Under the pieces are notes generated by a model. It saw nothing but the letters and a program-made list of their open reading frames with translations. It did no database searches and was not told the DNA's origin. From Chrysomallon squamiferum (lineage: Eukaryota; Animalia; Mollusca), in the NCBI GenBank assembly GCA_012295275.1, contig CM022668.1:14880001-14944000 (forward strand): a stretch of DNA of 64,000 bases, read 5' to 3'. Below are positions 12,294 through 26,854 of the stretch, one piece after another. The stretch's first letter is position 1. Each line of letters opens with the position of its first letter. The position numbers and the translations under genes were made by a program.

Positions 12294-13754
12294 GCACACG
12301 CATTACATTTATACAAAGGAAGATACAACAACAGAAAGATGTACAAAGAGAAAATGACAGGAAAACAGAAATATTCATAAAGAAAAATACAACGAGGATA
12401 CGTAGATGAACAGAGATAATATCACGCTATATTCAATTATCACATTTGACGAAATCTAATTCGATGACGTCATACAATAATTATCGGTTTCCTTAACAGT
12501 GATGCAGCAGTTTTTTGTGTACGCAATGACCTCTTAAGGAACTGTAAAAAAAAAAAAATAAAAAAAAATCTCAAACTTGTGAAGAAAACAATGCTAGCAA
12601 TGTAAAATATGCAGCTTTGTGTAAACGAGTGTGTGTCTCAGTGCTATAAAACCGAAGTCTCTTTTATTGAAGTGAAATGAAGTAAAATGTCCGCTGTATT
12701 GGCCAGGCAATAAACGGAAGGGTCCTTAAAAAGCCGGATATTTTAAACCGATTGCTAAAGTTTTGCTTCGGGTGGGCACTTATACCACTTAGCGTCTGAC
12801 AGTTTTTTTTATGTTTCCACCGGCGACATTTTTACCCCCTTCATTCTTTTTTTTTTTAAGGTATCTCTTCGCATCACTGATCAAACAACAACAAAAAAAA
12901 ACGAAGCAACACAAACGAAGATTACTTTATAGTGTGATGTTGTTAACAACACGAGCAAACACCCACAAAAAAAAAAAAAAAAAAGTATCCCTATCGCAGC
13001 TATACGACAATCCCACAATTCAATGACCGGAACAACGGAATTGCTTTCTGGCACGTTTTATGATCCAGGAGGTTCATTGTTAAGGCGAAGTGGAGTTGTC
13101 CGTTTTATTTATTTATTTTTATTTTTATTTTTTTTTATTGTTATTAGACCACCTTTTGATGGTCTGCGGACAAAATTAATCTGAAATAATTTGTTATTTT
13201 TTTTTTATATTCAGGGCTTTTTAGCATTTAGTTACGTGTGAACACAAAGTAAAATGTCTCGTGTGACTGTATCAGTGTTGGGGAAACTTTTATCTGGGAT
13301 TAAACTGAATACACGGTCGGTTTCTCCTTTCAGTAAATCAATTTGAGGTTACTCGCGAAACAAACAATAAAAGGCTGGGTGAAAGCGGTACAGTTTGCAA
13401 ACATCTAATCAAGATTACGAACGGAATAACGGAGACAACAACAACAACAACATCAACGCCAACAACAATAATAATAATAATAAGAGTAAATCTTTAAAAT
13501 ATTACCACTGCCGTTACTGCTGCTACTACTACTACATCTACAGCTGTTACTGCTACTGTGTACTCTACAACATTTAAAATATCAGAACTACCATTAATAC
13601 TTCAACTGCTGATATTATTACTACTACTACTACTACTACTGCTCCTATAGTACTGCTAGTAGTACTACTATTACTACAATACTTCTAGTATTATTATAGT
13701 GTTATAACTACGTTTACTAATACTACTACTATAACTACTGATACATACATTTAT

Positions 13755-13797
<43 letters not shown>

Positions 13798-13845
13798 CTC
13801 TCTCTCTCTCTCTCTCACACACTCACACACACACACACACACACA

Positions 13846-13889
<44 letters not shown>

Positions 13890-13892
<3 letters not shown>

Positions 13893-14070
13893 ATCTAACA
13901 ACAGCTTTAAAAATCAAGAACAAAAAAACAAAAACCCTCAAAAAACATGCCTCTGTTTTCTTTAAAGAACTTGATCTGGCTAACACATTTTCAGTGTTTT
14001 GTGTATTTCTCTCTCTCTGCTCTTTTGCACCGTCGAGAGAACCACGCGAAACCATGTACGCTGGTTCCAC
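13890..14070. repeat. Intronic duplicated unique segment, copy 1
   Basis: AAAAATCAAGAACA...ACATGCCTCTGTTTTCTTTAAAGAACyTGATCTGGCTAACACATTTTCAGTGTTTTGTGT...CTTTTGCACCGTCGAGAGAACCA, shared with 15872-16028. Confidence 0.9.
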
Positions 14071-14122
14071 TGAGTTGATCTGTTTAGAGTTTTTGTTACA
14101 GAAACCGGCACGATTCCATCCA

Positions 14123-14168
<46 letters not shown>

Positions 14169-14684
14169 GAGAGGTTAGACGAAAATTATTTGTCTTGAGC
14201 CAGTGTGCAGCAGAATATCGCGGCGTATTTTATTTATTTTTTTATTTTTTCGCTTAGAAGAAATTCAGGATGATCTGATAGCTCTGTCAGAGTGTTTGTG
14301 ATGTTCATATGATTTGTGTTAATTAATTAATTAATTAATTAATTGATTGATTGATTGATTTCTTTGAGTGTTTGTTTCTTAAAACAATTCCTTTGGTTAT
14401 GTTTTTATTTGCTTATATATTTTTATATGTATTAAATATAAAAAAAATTGGGGAGGGAGGGCGTGGTTTGTTGATATGTATACATTTATATTTGATGCTA
14501 ATTAATGAATTAATTGATTTATTTAATTAATTATTACTTTTCTAGTTGATTTTGTGCATTTGTTTATTAACAGTTTCTTTATTTGTATTTTGCTAATTTG
14601 AATCTTTGTCTTTCACTATGCATGGATTTTTCAACTACAAACGGTAAATTATTTAACATGTTATTATTTTTTTTTATATGTGTT

Positions 14685-14751
<67 letters not shown>

Positions 14752-15271
14752 ACACAACACAGATACATACACACACATATATATAGTAGAAAGAATATAC
14801 GTATGTTTGAACGCATTCATGTAAAACGTATTCATGAATAACTAAATATATATTTGTTCGTATATTCATACATTTATGTGTACGCTAGCACACACACACA
14901 CACACACACACACGCACAGACATCTCTATCTCTCAATATGTATGTATGCATTACAACTAATTTAAACGGTTAAAAAATCTTAATTTTTTTTTCTTTTTCT
15001 TTTTTTGTTTTAATTTTGTAGATTTTTTTTTATATTTTCTGCTCCAGCCTTGACACATTAGGAAATTCATACTACTGATCGTTCCAGGGGGATTAAAAGA
15101 ACACAGAACATTAACGTCGAAAACAAAGTCACGTGCAATACATCTTGAAGATTGCTCCCAGCATAAAAATACACTTAACATTAACCCTTAGCAGTTAAGT
15201 GGTTAACTCAACGAGCGGGGAATGAATTCGGATAGGATTCTGACTCAGATCTGTTTTGTTACTATCATAAA

Positions 15272-15660
15272 TATTACTACTACTATTATTACTGCTACTG
15301 CTACTTACTGCTACTGCTACTGCTGCTACTACTACTACTACTATTACTATTACTGCTACTACTGCTACTGCTACTACTACTACTACTGCTACTACTACGA
15401 CTGCTGCCACTACTACTACTACTGCTACTACTACTACTGCTACTACTACTACTACTGCTACTATTACTACTACTACTACTACTACTACTGCTGCTTCTGC
15501 AAGTATACTACTATTACTGCTACTACTACTACTGCTGCTGCTACTACTACTAATTTTGCTGCTTCTACTACTACTACTGCTGCTGCTGCTACTACTACTA
15601 CTACTACTACTGCTGCTACTACTACTGCTACCTCTACCACTGTTGCTATTACTACTGTTA
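15272..15660. repeat. (TAC/TGC)n compound microsatellite (representative)
   Basis: Direct reading; related tracts at 7260-7800, 39600-39870, 40760-41090 and 62640-62960. Confidence 0.9.
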
Positions 15661-15871
15661 CTTCCTCCTATTCTTCATACTATTTGAATCGTTAAGAGAT
15701 AAAAACATAAGTGGAGAGAATGTTTTATATACACAGACACGCATAAACACACACAAAGACACACACACATACACACACACATACACACGTAGACACACAC
15801 ATACCCACATACACATCCCCACATACACAAAAAGACGCAAACACACCACACAGACACACAACAGACACAAA

Positions 15872-16028
15872 GACCCTACAACTGTTTTAAAAATCAAGAA
15901 CAGAAAAAACATGCCTCTGTTTTCTTTAAAGAACCTGATCTGGCTAACACATTTTCAGTGTTTTGTGTGTTTCTCTCTGGTCTTTTGCACCGTCGAGAGA
16001 ACCATGCCAAACGTGTACAGGCTCCCAC
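15872..16028. repeat. Intronic duplicated unique segment, copy 2
   Basis: Same-orientation copy of 13890-14070, also preceded by (TAC)n and then CA-rich tracts. Confidence 0.9.
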
Positions 16029-16481
16029 GTAGCCAATCTGTTCACAATTTGTGTTATGGAAAATTAAACAGCGGTTTTAATATATTGATGTTAATCGCAG
16101 TTATAAGGAATAGAACATTTGTTTGTTGCTGATAAGGTTAATAGTCATAATCATTCCGTATGGAATATACATTGGCTGACGTCATTTTAATACTCATTGT
16201 TTTACTGAACAGAATATAAGTACTTGTTGACCATCGCCTTTTATATATATATATATATATATATCAATTCTGTAGCGTTGAAATTAGATACAAAACACAC
16301 TATCACATTACATGGGCTTGTCTCAAAACATTAGCAGAAAGAGATCGTTAATATGCGCCTTCCCATAGGCTGAAAAGAACGCAGAGGTAATTTAAAAAAA
16401 GAAAGAAATAATTCAAAAGTACCGGTGTGTGTGTGTGTGTGTGTTTGTATGTATGTATTTTCAGACGTAGTTTTCTCTCTC

Positions 16482-16543
<62 letters not shown>

Positions 16544-16902
16544 GAGAAAACACATTAACGTCTTCAAAAACGTTCCTTCATCTTCAGAAATCTTTTGATT
16601 CGGTTCCGAATCGAAGTTTCAACTTCTCTTTTTATGACGGAGAAAAAAAAAAAAAAAAAAAAAAGAAAAAAAAGATAAAAATATTTATATATTAAAAAAA
16701 AATATAGCAAAGCTAGAGATAAACTGGTTTTTAAAAAGCAAGAAAGAAACAGAAAGAGAGAGAGATATATAGAGAAAAAAAAGAAGAAAGAAAAAAAAAA
16801 GGCAAATGTGGCGCTTTTGCAAGCCATTAGAGCGATTACTCCGTGTCTTGAAAGAACAGTTTTGCGTCTGAGTTTTCCACATGTCCTCTCTTGAAATGCT
16901 TC

Positions 16903-17121
16903 ACATCAAAGAGAGTTTTGGCCATAACTGTGATGACTTTTCAGTTTGAAGGTATCGGTTATACTCGTTCTAAGCACAACTGCAGCATCCGATGCCAGGA
17001 ACTGCCTCGGAATTAAGATAACACTTACCACGAGGCCTTTGAAGTGAAATATGAAACTGCTGGCGGCTTAGTAGTTTAAAGTGATCTATGGCATCTTCAG
17101 AGGGTTCCTCGTCTTTGATCT
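16903..17121. promoter_or_regulatory. Candidate TCF/LEF site cluster in Wnt6 intron 2
   Basis: ACATCAAAG (16903), CCTTTGAAG (17036) and CTTTGATCT (17113) match the CTTTGWW consensus. Motif match only. Confidence 0.35.
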
Positions 17122-18180
17122 AATAATTAAATGACCCGAAGTTACCGACTGCTACACTACTAAAAAGTCTTGCATTTTGTATTAAAAAAACAATCTCTGC
17201 GTATTTCACAAGCAGCTAGGCTTTGGCCATGTGGCAAATAAAGTCAAAAACGTTTCAGTCCTGCTCGGATATAGGTGCCTTTTAATTTTGAATCAAATTT
17301 TTAGTTTTTGGATTTCGTACTGTTTCACAATGGTAAGTGGGGATTTTTTGTGTTTTTTTTTTCGTAACGTTTTCTCTCTCTGTCTCTCTGTCTTTGCTTT
17401 TAATTCCAGTGTTTTAGCTTTCCAGGTACGAAGAGCTTGTTCTGATTCTTAAAATACAAGAAAATCTTCTCTCTTTTTGTGTGTGAAAAGTTACCTTCAC
17501 GTTCTGAATTTTCTTCCTTCTTTTATTAAAGAGTTCTTTCAAGAGCGTTTACGCCACGTCGTAGAATCTACGCCCCATGTTTTACGTTAGACGTAAATCA
17601 TTTTCTTTTCGTTTTCCCCCTCTCTCCTGAATTTCTTCTTCTTCTTCTTTTTTTTTTTTTTTTTTTTATTCTAAATTATCTTTTAGAGTATGTTTTTTTT
17701 TCATCTTCTCTCTTTTTATAAATATAAATTTCTTTTTTTTTTTTCTTTTTTTTCTAGTTAAGGAGGGGAATACAAGAGGATGTTATAAATTTTAACAAAG
17801 TTAAATTAAAATGACAAATAAGAAATTATTCAGTGAATACCGCGTAAGATCAAATCTGTCAGATCCGGCGATCAAGTCGGGTTTACAGACGCTTAAACAA
17901 CTAACACTGCACAGACACTCGCAAGACGCATGTCTACCAGCGCGTGCAAATGTCACGTGCAGAACGGCTGGCGAGGAGGCGCGTGTTAATTAACGTTTGG
18001 CTTCATTCAACACGGCGAGTTTTTTTCTCTTTATTTATTGTTGTTGGTTCAGTTTTAATTGTTTTCTTAACAGCCCTGTCTGTTAGAGAGGTATGAAAAA
18101 TAACGTCACATAAATGAACTGTTTCTCGAAACGTGTGTTAATATGGGGCTAAATCCGTTATAGACAATGAGAACAGTGAT

Positions 18181-18240
<60 letters not shown>

Positions 18241-19044
18241 TGTGTATATATATATTACATCTGTACGTGTTTATGTTTGTTTGTTATATATATATATGTG
18301 AGTGCCTTTGAATGTTTGTATATAGTATATGTGTGTTTTATAATGTTGAAAAAATATATTTATATATGTAAGTCTACAAAAGTGAGACGAAAGCAAACAC
18401 ATATATACACACACACGCACACACACGCACACACACACAGTCATACTGTATTCAAAAACAATGCATTTTTAGCATATATGACCTTATGATATATGAATTT
18501 CATATCTCATTAACAAGATAATTATACAGAAGCAGCTCGTTATATAGTCACTGTATGATAATGTAGCACAATGCAAAGCTCTTCCAGTGTATAATAATGT
18601 GTATACATAGATATAATATACTCACACACACATACATACACAGTTTATATATCAACATTTCATAATCACACTTCATAAAGTATATCACATACAGTCAGTC
18701 TGTCTGTCTGTCTATCTATGTATCTATCTATCTATCTATTTATCTATCTATGTATCTATCTATCTGTCTATATATATATAGCACACATATAGCTATATAC
18801 ACACCCATATACATTGCTATTCCCAAACAATATGTTAACACACAAATTATTGTAATTATCAACACTCAGATCCTAAGCTTCAAAAGCACACACACATACA
18901 TTCACAACCACATATACACACATACATACATACATACATACACCGACTCACATAATATACGCACACGTACACAATACTAACACAAGACACAGTACAACTA
19001 TTCAAGCACAACATTAACTATTGATTAAGCATTAACAAACTCAC

Positions 19045-19265
19045 CTCGGCGCAGTATTTTCGAAATAGAACGTTTTGCCGTCGTGCAGTTCCAGCGTCTG
19101 TATCGAAACTGATACTGACACTCGAGCAGCGCTATTTTCGCGCCTTTAGCTACTTCCTCCACTATTTCCGGTTCCTTTCTGCAGATGGCGCGCTGTTTTC
19201 CCGCCAATCTTCTCGTCTTTCGGCATATACTGTTAGGATCCATAACCAGAGGACTTCCGACCGCC
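19045..19265 (-). CDS. Wnt6: Wnt6 coding exon 2, (W)AVGSPLVMDPNSICRKTRRLAGKQRAICRKEPEIVEEVAKGAKIALLECQYQFRYRRWNCTTAKRSISKILRR(D)
   Basis: Acceptor ttcAG before 19265 and donor G|GTGAGT after 19045; 221 nt. Closely resembles vertebrate WNT6 WWAVGSPLVMDPTSICRKARRLAG (recalled, not searched) and has the Wnt ECQxQFRxRRWNC motif with an NCT sequon. Confidence 0.96.
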
Positions 19266-19566
19266 CTGAATAAACGAATGAATGAATGAATGAATAAAAT
19301 AAATAAATAAATATAATAATGGTTAAGAAAAAAAAAAAAAAAAAAAAAAAGAAGAATAGGAAGAGAATAAGACAGAGCAGAATGAAATAGAATAAATAAA
19401 AGTAAAATAGTAACGGGTTCAAAGTCATATCTCTAATTCAATACAAATAAAAATTTTCATACAAATATATATATATATTAATCTGATAAACTTTTCTGGG
19501 ATAGACTATTAAACAATAAATACTCTATAAAAATATTTTTAAATATTTCATTGTACTGATTTATTT

Positions 19567-19650
<84 letters not shown>

Positions 19651-20259
19651 CTCTCTATATATATATGCGTGTATGTGTGTGTGTGTGTGTCAACGTCTGT
19701 GCATTTATGTACGTATGATATTAAATAACTATTTATTATATACTGGATTGAAAGTGTTTGTTTAAATACATGATGATCATCGTCATTATCGTCATTATTA
19801 TTATCTTCATCATCGTTATTATTGTCTGTTTATTTATTTTTAAATTATAATATTTTCATCACTTATTTACACATCCTTGTAAACATACAAAAACTCTGAT
19901 TATATTTTAATTCTTCCTTTCTTCCTTCCTTCCTTCCTTCCTTCCTTCCTTCCTTTCCTACTTCTTTCTTTCTTTCATTCATTCAATTTTTTTTAATCGT
20001 CACAAAACAGCAGCCATAGCTTTCGCCTTCACTTTTATTTTCACAGAGTACCAAGCACGCCTGTCGTGCCTGGCAGTCTTAGCGAGTAGGATTACCGCAA
20101 GCCTGTCAGAATAATTGCCTCGCTATCGAAACCGCGCACGTGCCAGATTTTCGTACGGGCCAATTAAACATCGTGGTAGACGACAGCCAACAACGCCATG
20201 CTAATGTCTGTACTCTCGCGAGCGTAACTTTCTTATTTGTTCCACCAGAGTGTGATACT

Positions 20260-20300
<41 letters not shown>

Positions 20301-21584
20301 AATAATATATATATAAAAAAAAAAAAAAAAAAAAAATTAAAAAAAAGTGGACTGTGGATAAGTAGTTAGTAGGGTAAGGATATAAAGGTGTAAAGGGGAG
20401 GGGAAGGGTGGTAGTGTTTTGCCCCTTTCATGTTGTTGTTGTTGTTGTTGTTATTATTATTGTTGTTGTTGTTGTTATTATTATTATCGTTATCGTTATT
20501 ATTATTATTATTATTTTTTTGAATTATTGCTTTTTTTGTGTCGTTTTTTTTCTTCCTTATGACAAAATTTAATTCCTCTTGCAGCAGTGTGTGCGTGTGT
20601 TTGTGTGTGTGTGTGCGTGAGTTTGTGGGCATGCATGTCTATTTACTTCTATATATCTGTATGTGTATATTGTATGTGTGTGTGTGTGTGTATGTTTCTC
20701 TTTGAGTGTGTGTGTCTGCATTCATTTTTCGTCTACCGTGTGTGTATATTTACCACAACAATAGCACACCATGCTTTCTGTGAAATTGTGTATTATCTTT
20801 TCATATTAAAAAAAAAAATTATTGTACTAAGCACGCAAATAACGCACACGTCCCCTTTTTCATAAATCACGATCAGCCCCTGATTTTTTTTTTTGCAGAT
20901 TCAAAGAACTCTCTCTGGCTACAAATTTAATTCTTGTTTTCGAATCTCTCGTTTCTTCTCCCGTTCCTCGGTCCTCCTCCCCCCCGCTTCAAAGAACGAC
21001 ATCAGTAGGGGGGGCTCGTGTATCGGAGGCACGCGCAGAGCACGTGAGGCGGCGCGAGCGAGCGAGCAAGAAATTCAACGCATCTCCTAGCATGCCGGGA
21101 GATTGCCGCGCTTAATTAACTCGAGGAAAAGCGCGCGCGCGCCTTTGCGACTCGATACTGTTTTCCGAAACGCGGATCGCGATTACGATCTGCAGGCTTT
21201 CTTCTCTCGGAACCTGATGGCGGAAACGAACGAGCAGCGATTACGGATAACGGCGAAGATCGTTTTCCGGGGCGTAACGAGCGTTGCGTTTTACGAACAG
21301 AGAACGTTACGCGATAGTAAAAAGGCGCGATAGTCCAGGGAGGTGGGGATGGGGGTCGGGGTGGGGGGTTGGGGGTTGGTTGGTTGTTAGTGTGCTGTTA
21401 AAGAGGAAGGATATTACTACCTTTTCCTGGTTTTTTTTTTTAACGATTTTTTTTTTTTTTTTAAAGTTTATGTTTCTATCAGAATTAGAATTTAATATAA
21501 AACATAAATGTAATCGGGGAGTAAAATAAAAGTAAAAGAGAAATAAAACGTAAAGAGAAAGTGACAGAGAACCAGATGAAGAAT

Positions 21585-21681
<97 letters not shown>

Positions 21682-21841
21682 GGAGAGAAAAGAAAGAACG
21701 AGAGAAGGAGAAAAGATAGAGAGAGAGATTGAGGGAGAAATTTGAACATGAACAAAAACAAAAAAAAAAAAAACAGAGAAAACCCCCAAAAAGAGAAAAA
21801 AAACAAACAACAAGTACCATAACAAACAAAATTCACCTCTC

Positions 21842-21873
<32 letters not shown>

Positions 21874-23298
21874 GAGAAATAGAAAATTAAAAAAAGAAAA
21901 GGACAGAATCGTAAAAGGTGTAATAAAGCTCTAACGGACTGGCAAGGAAAGACGGGCACCCGCAGAAGAGAAATTCGACGACAATGAATAAATTCAATTT
22001 CCCTTCAAACTGATTTACTCGCCAGTCTCAACTGGTAATTGAAAAACAGTCTTTTTACTGCGAGACACCAAAAAAAAAAAAAATACACTCAAAAAAACAA
22101 CAACACCCAGACATTTTTAGTCTTTGAAGCTTCGCATAAAGTTTAAAACTGTCGAAGACATAGTAATTTCTAATGTTTCCAGTTTCCATTTTTTTTTTTT
22201 TTTTTGTAATTTTTTTTTTAAGTTTTATTTCTTTAATAATTTTATTTTTTTTAACATTTTTTTTTTTTTTTTATGTTTGGGGTTGTTTTTTTTTTTTTTT
22301 TTTTTTTTTTGTGCCGTCTTCGTTTTGACGCTATTGTGAGTAAAAAAAAAGAAAAAAAAAAAAAAAAGAAAGAAAGAAAAAGACAGTCTAATAAGAGAAA
22401 GAATGATAATTTTTGTTTTCTCATTGCCACTGTTATTTTTTCTCTCGAATTTCTTTCATTCTTTCTTTCTTTCGTTCATGTTTCTTTTCTTCTTTGTGTT
22501 TTACACAGTCTGTCTGATATTCATCTATCTATCTGTTTTTGTTTATTTATCCATTCACCCATCTGTCCATCCATCTACCTGTGTGTCCATCCACTTATCT
22601 CCATTTTATATTTTAATTTCTACCCTTCAGTTTTTCTTTGTTTCTTACTTTCTTTCTTTTTTTTTTCTTTCTTTCTTTCTTTCATTCTACTTCTTTCATG
22701 TTTCTTTTTTATTTCTTTCATTCTACTTTCTTTTCTTTTCTTTCTTTTTCTTTTTATCATTCTACTTCACACTTTCTTTCTTCTTCAGATTTAACTTTTA
22801 TAAATTTATATTATATAGCAACGTAATTAATTTGATTAACAATGCCAGACTTGGTCATTTATCCTTCTTTTACTTTTTTTATATTTAACCCTTTATACCC
22901 CAAGCCAATTAAATTAACATTAACTATGTAATGACAGGTGTAGCCTAATGTAACACCTAACATGTTTTTAAAGTCGCAAATTTGTTACTGTTACGAAAGG
23001 ATTTTCGTAGTTTTACCATGACCTCTTCAAACCTTCATATGCTTTAAACAGCAGTAAAAGATAAATTAACAGTAATAAATTACATAATAAGAATTTCCTA
23101 CTGTTAAACAATTAAACAAGTGAAAAGTGGTGATGTTCACCGATGAACAAAACAGATTATTTTTTAATTTTTTTTTTTTTTTTTTATTATTTTTTTTTTT
23201 AGGGCTTAGGGTATATGTAGAGGAAATAAATGATAGCGTTAAGTAAAAAATAAACGAAAATAAAATAAATAAATAAAATAAAATAAAATAAAATAAAA

Positions 23299-23329
<31 letters not shown>

Positions 23330-23735
23330 AAAAAAATAAAAAAAAAAAAAAAAAAAAAAATAAATAAATAAATAAATAAATAAATAAAATAAAAAAATAA
23401 ATATAAAAAAAATATAAAATAAAAAAGAAAGAAAAGATATTTCTGTATAAAAACAAAAACAAACAATAACTATAAAGTGCGCGCGTTCTTTTAAACTAAA
23501 TGGTATTACAGAGACTAATTGAAACAATAAATTAAGCGTGAACAAATGTCTAATGTAACTGAGTTATAAATAAAGTTAACACACTAAACATCACCCTTCT
23601 TCCTAAATACAGCACAGAAAAAGAAAAAAAATAGACAGTGAGAAAGTGACAGAGAGAGAGAGAGAGAATGAGAGAAGGAGAAAGGTGCAAAAAGGAAGAG
23701 AGAGAGAAAGAGAAAGGTGGAGAGAGAGAGAGAGA

Positions 23736-23817
<82 letters not shown>

Positions 23818-24319
23818 AAGAGAGAGATAGAAACAGAAGTATGATAAGAGTAGAGAGTGAAATATGTAGATAGATTAGATAGATGAGAGAGAGAAAGATA
23901 AAGGAAGAGAAAGAAAGAAAAAGGTAAAGAGAGAGAAAAAAGTATTTGTTAATTTATACAAATTTAGTCTTATGTACTTCATATTTATATGAAACAAACA
24001 TGAAAGTATCTATTCCTTTATCTTTATCTATAGGTACATATCCCACATTTTCTTTCTTTCTTTCTTTCTTTAATTATTTATTTATTTAGTTGCTCTCTCT
24101 ATCTTTGTCATTCTCTCTGCTTCTTCGTCACTGTGTCTCTCTGTATCTGTCTGTCTGTCTCTCTTTGTCTCTGTCCGAAGGTATTCCACGCTCTGTCTCT
24201 GTCTTAATTCTCTAACACTCTAACACCTTAACACTATCTTAAATCGTTGCAAGGTCAGCGCAGGCGTGCTTGAACATTCACTGCCTGTAAAAACAATACA
24301 CTAACTCACTGACTCACAC

Positions 24320-24458
24320 CCACACCCATTTCCACATCACGACCACGCCCAAATTCACATCACAACCACACCCAATTTTCACATCACGACCACACCCAAT
24401 TTCACATCACGACCACGCCCAAATTCACATCACAACCACACCCAATTTCACACGACAC
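24320..24458. repeat. ~23-bp minisatellite, ~6 copies (ACCACRCCCAAWTTCACATCACR)
   Basis: Units read directly in intron 1. Confidence 0.9.
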
Positions 24459-24521
24459 CTCCGTCACAAACGTATATTTTTATCTTTACATTAACCGCTC
24501 CACCCGTTCACCACCTATTTA

Positions 24522-24570
<49 letters not shown>

Positions 24571-25975
24571 CTTTAACTTTTACCCGACGACAAATATTTC
24601 CTAAGTGCGTCGTGTCACATGGCCCGTGGGGGGTTAGAGATTGGTATCTGAGTAGATGAGACATGTGAATTACGATGTCAACATTGACCTCGGGTATTGG
24701 AGGGTGTGTGTTGGTTCAGTATGTCGGGTATCTGCGGCAATTACTGGTTTACACTGTTGAATAAGGGTGTTAAGGAAAACGAGGCTCGTTCGATGACGTA
24801 AACGTGAATTTGATCCGTAATAGATCCGAGTTGAGAGGGCAAAGGGTTAAAAAAAAAAAAATTGGGAAAGAAAACGTAATTTATTAGTTAAATTTAGTGT
24901 CGTATGTGTGGATGGATGGAAGGATGGATGGATGGATGGATGGATAAATTAGAGAAAAAAATAAAGTAAAGTGGATACAGTTAAATTTATTTCAGTAAGA
25001 ATTAAAAGAAGATTTAGCTTGCTTTGATTGTGAATGTGTTGTGTTAATTTTGAACTGATGTGTGCACGTGTGTGTGTGTGTGTGTGTATGTGTGTATTTC
25101 CATGTAAATTTGTATGTGTTTATTTAAGTCTATGTATATGTGTGTGTGTGTGTCTGTGTGTGTGTGTGTATCTATATATATATGTATGTACGTATTTTGT
25201 ATTTTCAAGTATTTTATATGTATGTAATAATAAATCACTAAATATATGTATACATATACATACATACATACATATGTACGTACATCATACAGACGTAAAC
25301 ACAGACAAGCATTTTAACCATATACCTTTACACAGGTGATTGTTTACGTCTGCAAATGTTTATATACAATCTGTATACACACTTACAAACCCGCCTCAGA
25401 CAGATAACATTTATTCATATATATATATTTTTTTTTTTTCTTTATTTTTTTTTCTTTCCCTTTTAATATCTTTCCTCTTTCAAATACGATCACATTATGA
25501 ACTGACCTTAAAAAAAAAGAAAAGAATCTACACTGGCGCGATATACATGTTTCCTAGTCACTGCTCTTGGCGGGGCAAAGATAAGATCATTATGGAATTT
25601 ATGATAGACGTAGTTGATGGGAAGATAGTATATATTGCCTTCGGCAATCTCCGTAAAGTGAAAGGAACAAGAGTTTGTTGAAAAAAAAATGCCCTGACAG
25701 AGGAGCGTGTAGCTGTCGCTCGCAATAAAGATGTTTTGTCTAGCTTCTTTGTAGGTGTGTGTTGTAGGTTTGGTGTGATAATGGTTAGGGAGGTTCCAGA
25801 AGATGTCTGTGTGGAGAGGGGTGTGGGTGTGTGGGTGTGTGTGGGTGTGTGTGGGTGATGAAAGATTTTTAGTTTCGTAAATTAGAGATTTAAAGTAGAA
25901 ATATATGTGTGTGTATGTGTGTGTGTGTGTGTGTGAATTTTTGTTGATGTTACTACTACAACTACTACTACTAAA

Positions 25976-26007
<32 letters not shown>

Positions 26008-26106
26008 CATTATTGTTATTATAATTGTTATTACTGCTATTATTACTGCCGCTACTACTACTACTAGTTCTACTTCTATTACTATAATAATAATAATAAT
26101 AATAAT

Positions 26107-26143
<37 letters not shown>

Positions 26144-26854
26144 GAAATAGAACGATACTGTAATGTTATATATTATTACTACTAGTCGTTTGCAGTATTA
26201 TATTTGTTCTGTTCAAATAAATATAATTATTGTTGTATACTATTTTTCGCTTAATTATTTCATATAATAGTAGTAGTAGTAGTAATAATAATAATTATTA
26301 TTATTACTATAATGATATATTATTAATACAAGTATAATTAAAACTATATTATATTTTAGGTAATTATATTTAATATTATATATTTATATAATTATAATAA
26401 TTTTCATATCGTACTTATTATTTATTATATTATATTATATTATATTATATTATATTATATTATATTATATTTATATTATAGTATAGTATAGTATACTTTA
26501 TTATATTATACTATATCATATCATATCATATTTTATTATACTATATTATTTGTAATAGTTTATACATATATCGCTTGTATTATTATATTCCTTAATACAA
26601 CTATAATTAATATTATATAACAGATTACAAATAAAATTACATATTGACATAAACTTCTGTTATCTACATATTGATATATTAATTGAAATACAACATGCTA
26701 TTTAGATACTGAAATATATCAGTTTTGCTAGTTCGTATAATTTTTAATTAACATGATGTTATCATCACCAATATCCCTTATTTCTTATTACTATTATTTA
26801 TATGTAGAAACCATAATTAAATATGTTAATTTTAAAAAAAAATTACTATTATGA

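Noticed and set aside
19025-19243. MDPNS Met as the Wnt6 start codon
   Set aside because: Homology and a splice acceptor extend 22 nt upstream, and a phase-compatible signal-peptide exon exists at 34987-35060.
21307-23873. Long Phe/Leu/Ser-rich or Glu-Arg ORFs here and throughout the window
   Set aside because: Translations of (CT)n, (AG)n, poly-T, (ATTT)n, (TAC)n and (CA)n tracts; low complexity with no coding signal.
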